Positions 63,875 to 64,000 of a stretch of 64,000 bases of DNA are shown here, piece by piece. Made by a program: the position numbers and the translations under genes. The DNA lies in the IMG/VR virus record IMGVR_UViG_3300046808_001035; one strand, written 5' to 3'. The notes below the pieces were generated by a model. The model searched no databases and was not told the origin of the DNA. It saw nothing but the letters and a program-made list of their open reading frames with translations. This DNA comes from a virus. Each line of letters begins with the position of its first letter. Positions within the stretch are counted from its first letter, which is position 1.

Positions 63875-64000
63875 CCCTGTAATATTTTTTCTTCTTGCTT
63901 ACGTCCTTATGGTTAAACATACTTCCTAGAAATACTTCTAGCGAAGAACTGAAAAATCCGAACAGACTTGGACCGTGAACCCCTTTCTTGGTTAGTTTAT

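Noticed and set aside
1-64000. Stop-codon reassignment (TAG or TGA recoding)
   Set aside because: Long conserved genes are intact under the standard code, TAG and TGA end genes at sensible positions, and no suppressor tRNA was found

Overview
This window is part of a large, highly divergent dsDNA bacteriophage genome. Essentially every credible gene is on the minus strand, tightly packed, often with overlapping stop/start codons and without Shine-Dalgarno motifs. Read in transcription order (right to left) it contains: (i) an AT-hook protein and a Ycf46-like AAA ATPase / DUF3150 / DUF1257 / DUF2997 cluster, with the ATPase split exactly in its Walker B motif by an 840-nt group I intron (IA2-like) carrying an HNH homing endonuclease; (ii) a replication, recombination and repair block (SbcD, UvsE, SbcC, SF2 helicase, primase, DnaB-like helicase, ECF sigma factor, UDG-fused family A DNA polymerase, GP88-like protein, probable SSB, RecA/UvsX, RuvC); (iii) embedded in that block, an apparently complete phage-encoded ubiquitin-like operon (Ubl ending GG plus a 5-aa extension, a large protein with a candidate E2-like C-terminal domain, a JAB/JAMM peptidase and a ThiF/E1 enzyme), which is the top finding; (iv) a cluster of six tRNAs, a tRNA-like RNA with a 34-nt anticodon loop, and structured spacer RNAs including a duplicated motif; (v) about 31 kb of small accessory ORFs with several expanded paralog families plus ThyX, an RNA ligase, a metallophosphoesterase, two nucleotidyltransferases, and YopX and Lar-like genes. 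All family assignments come from motif recognition by eye; no database searches were run.
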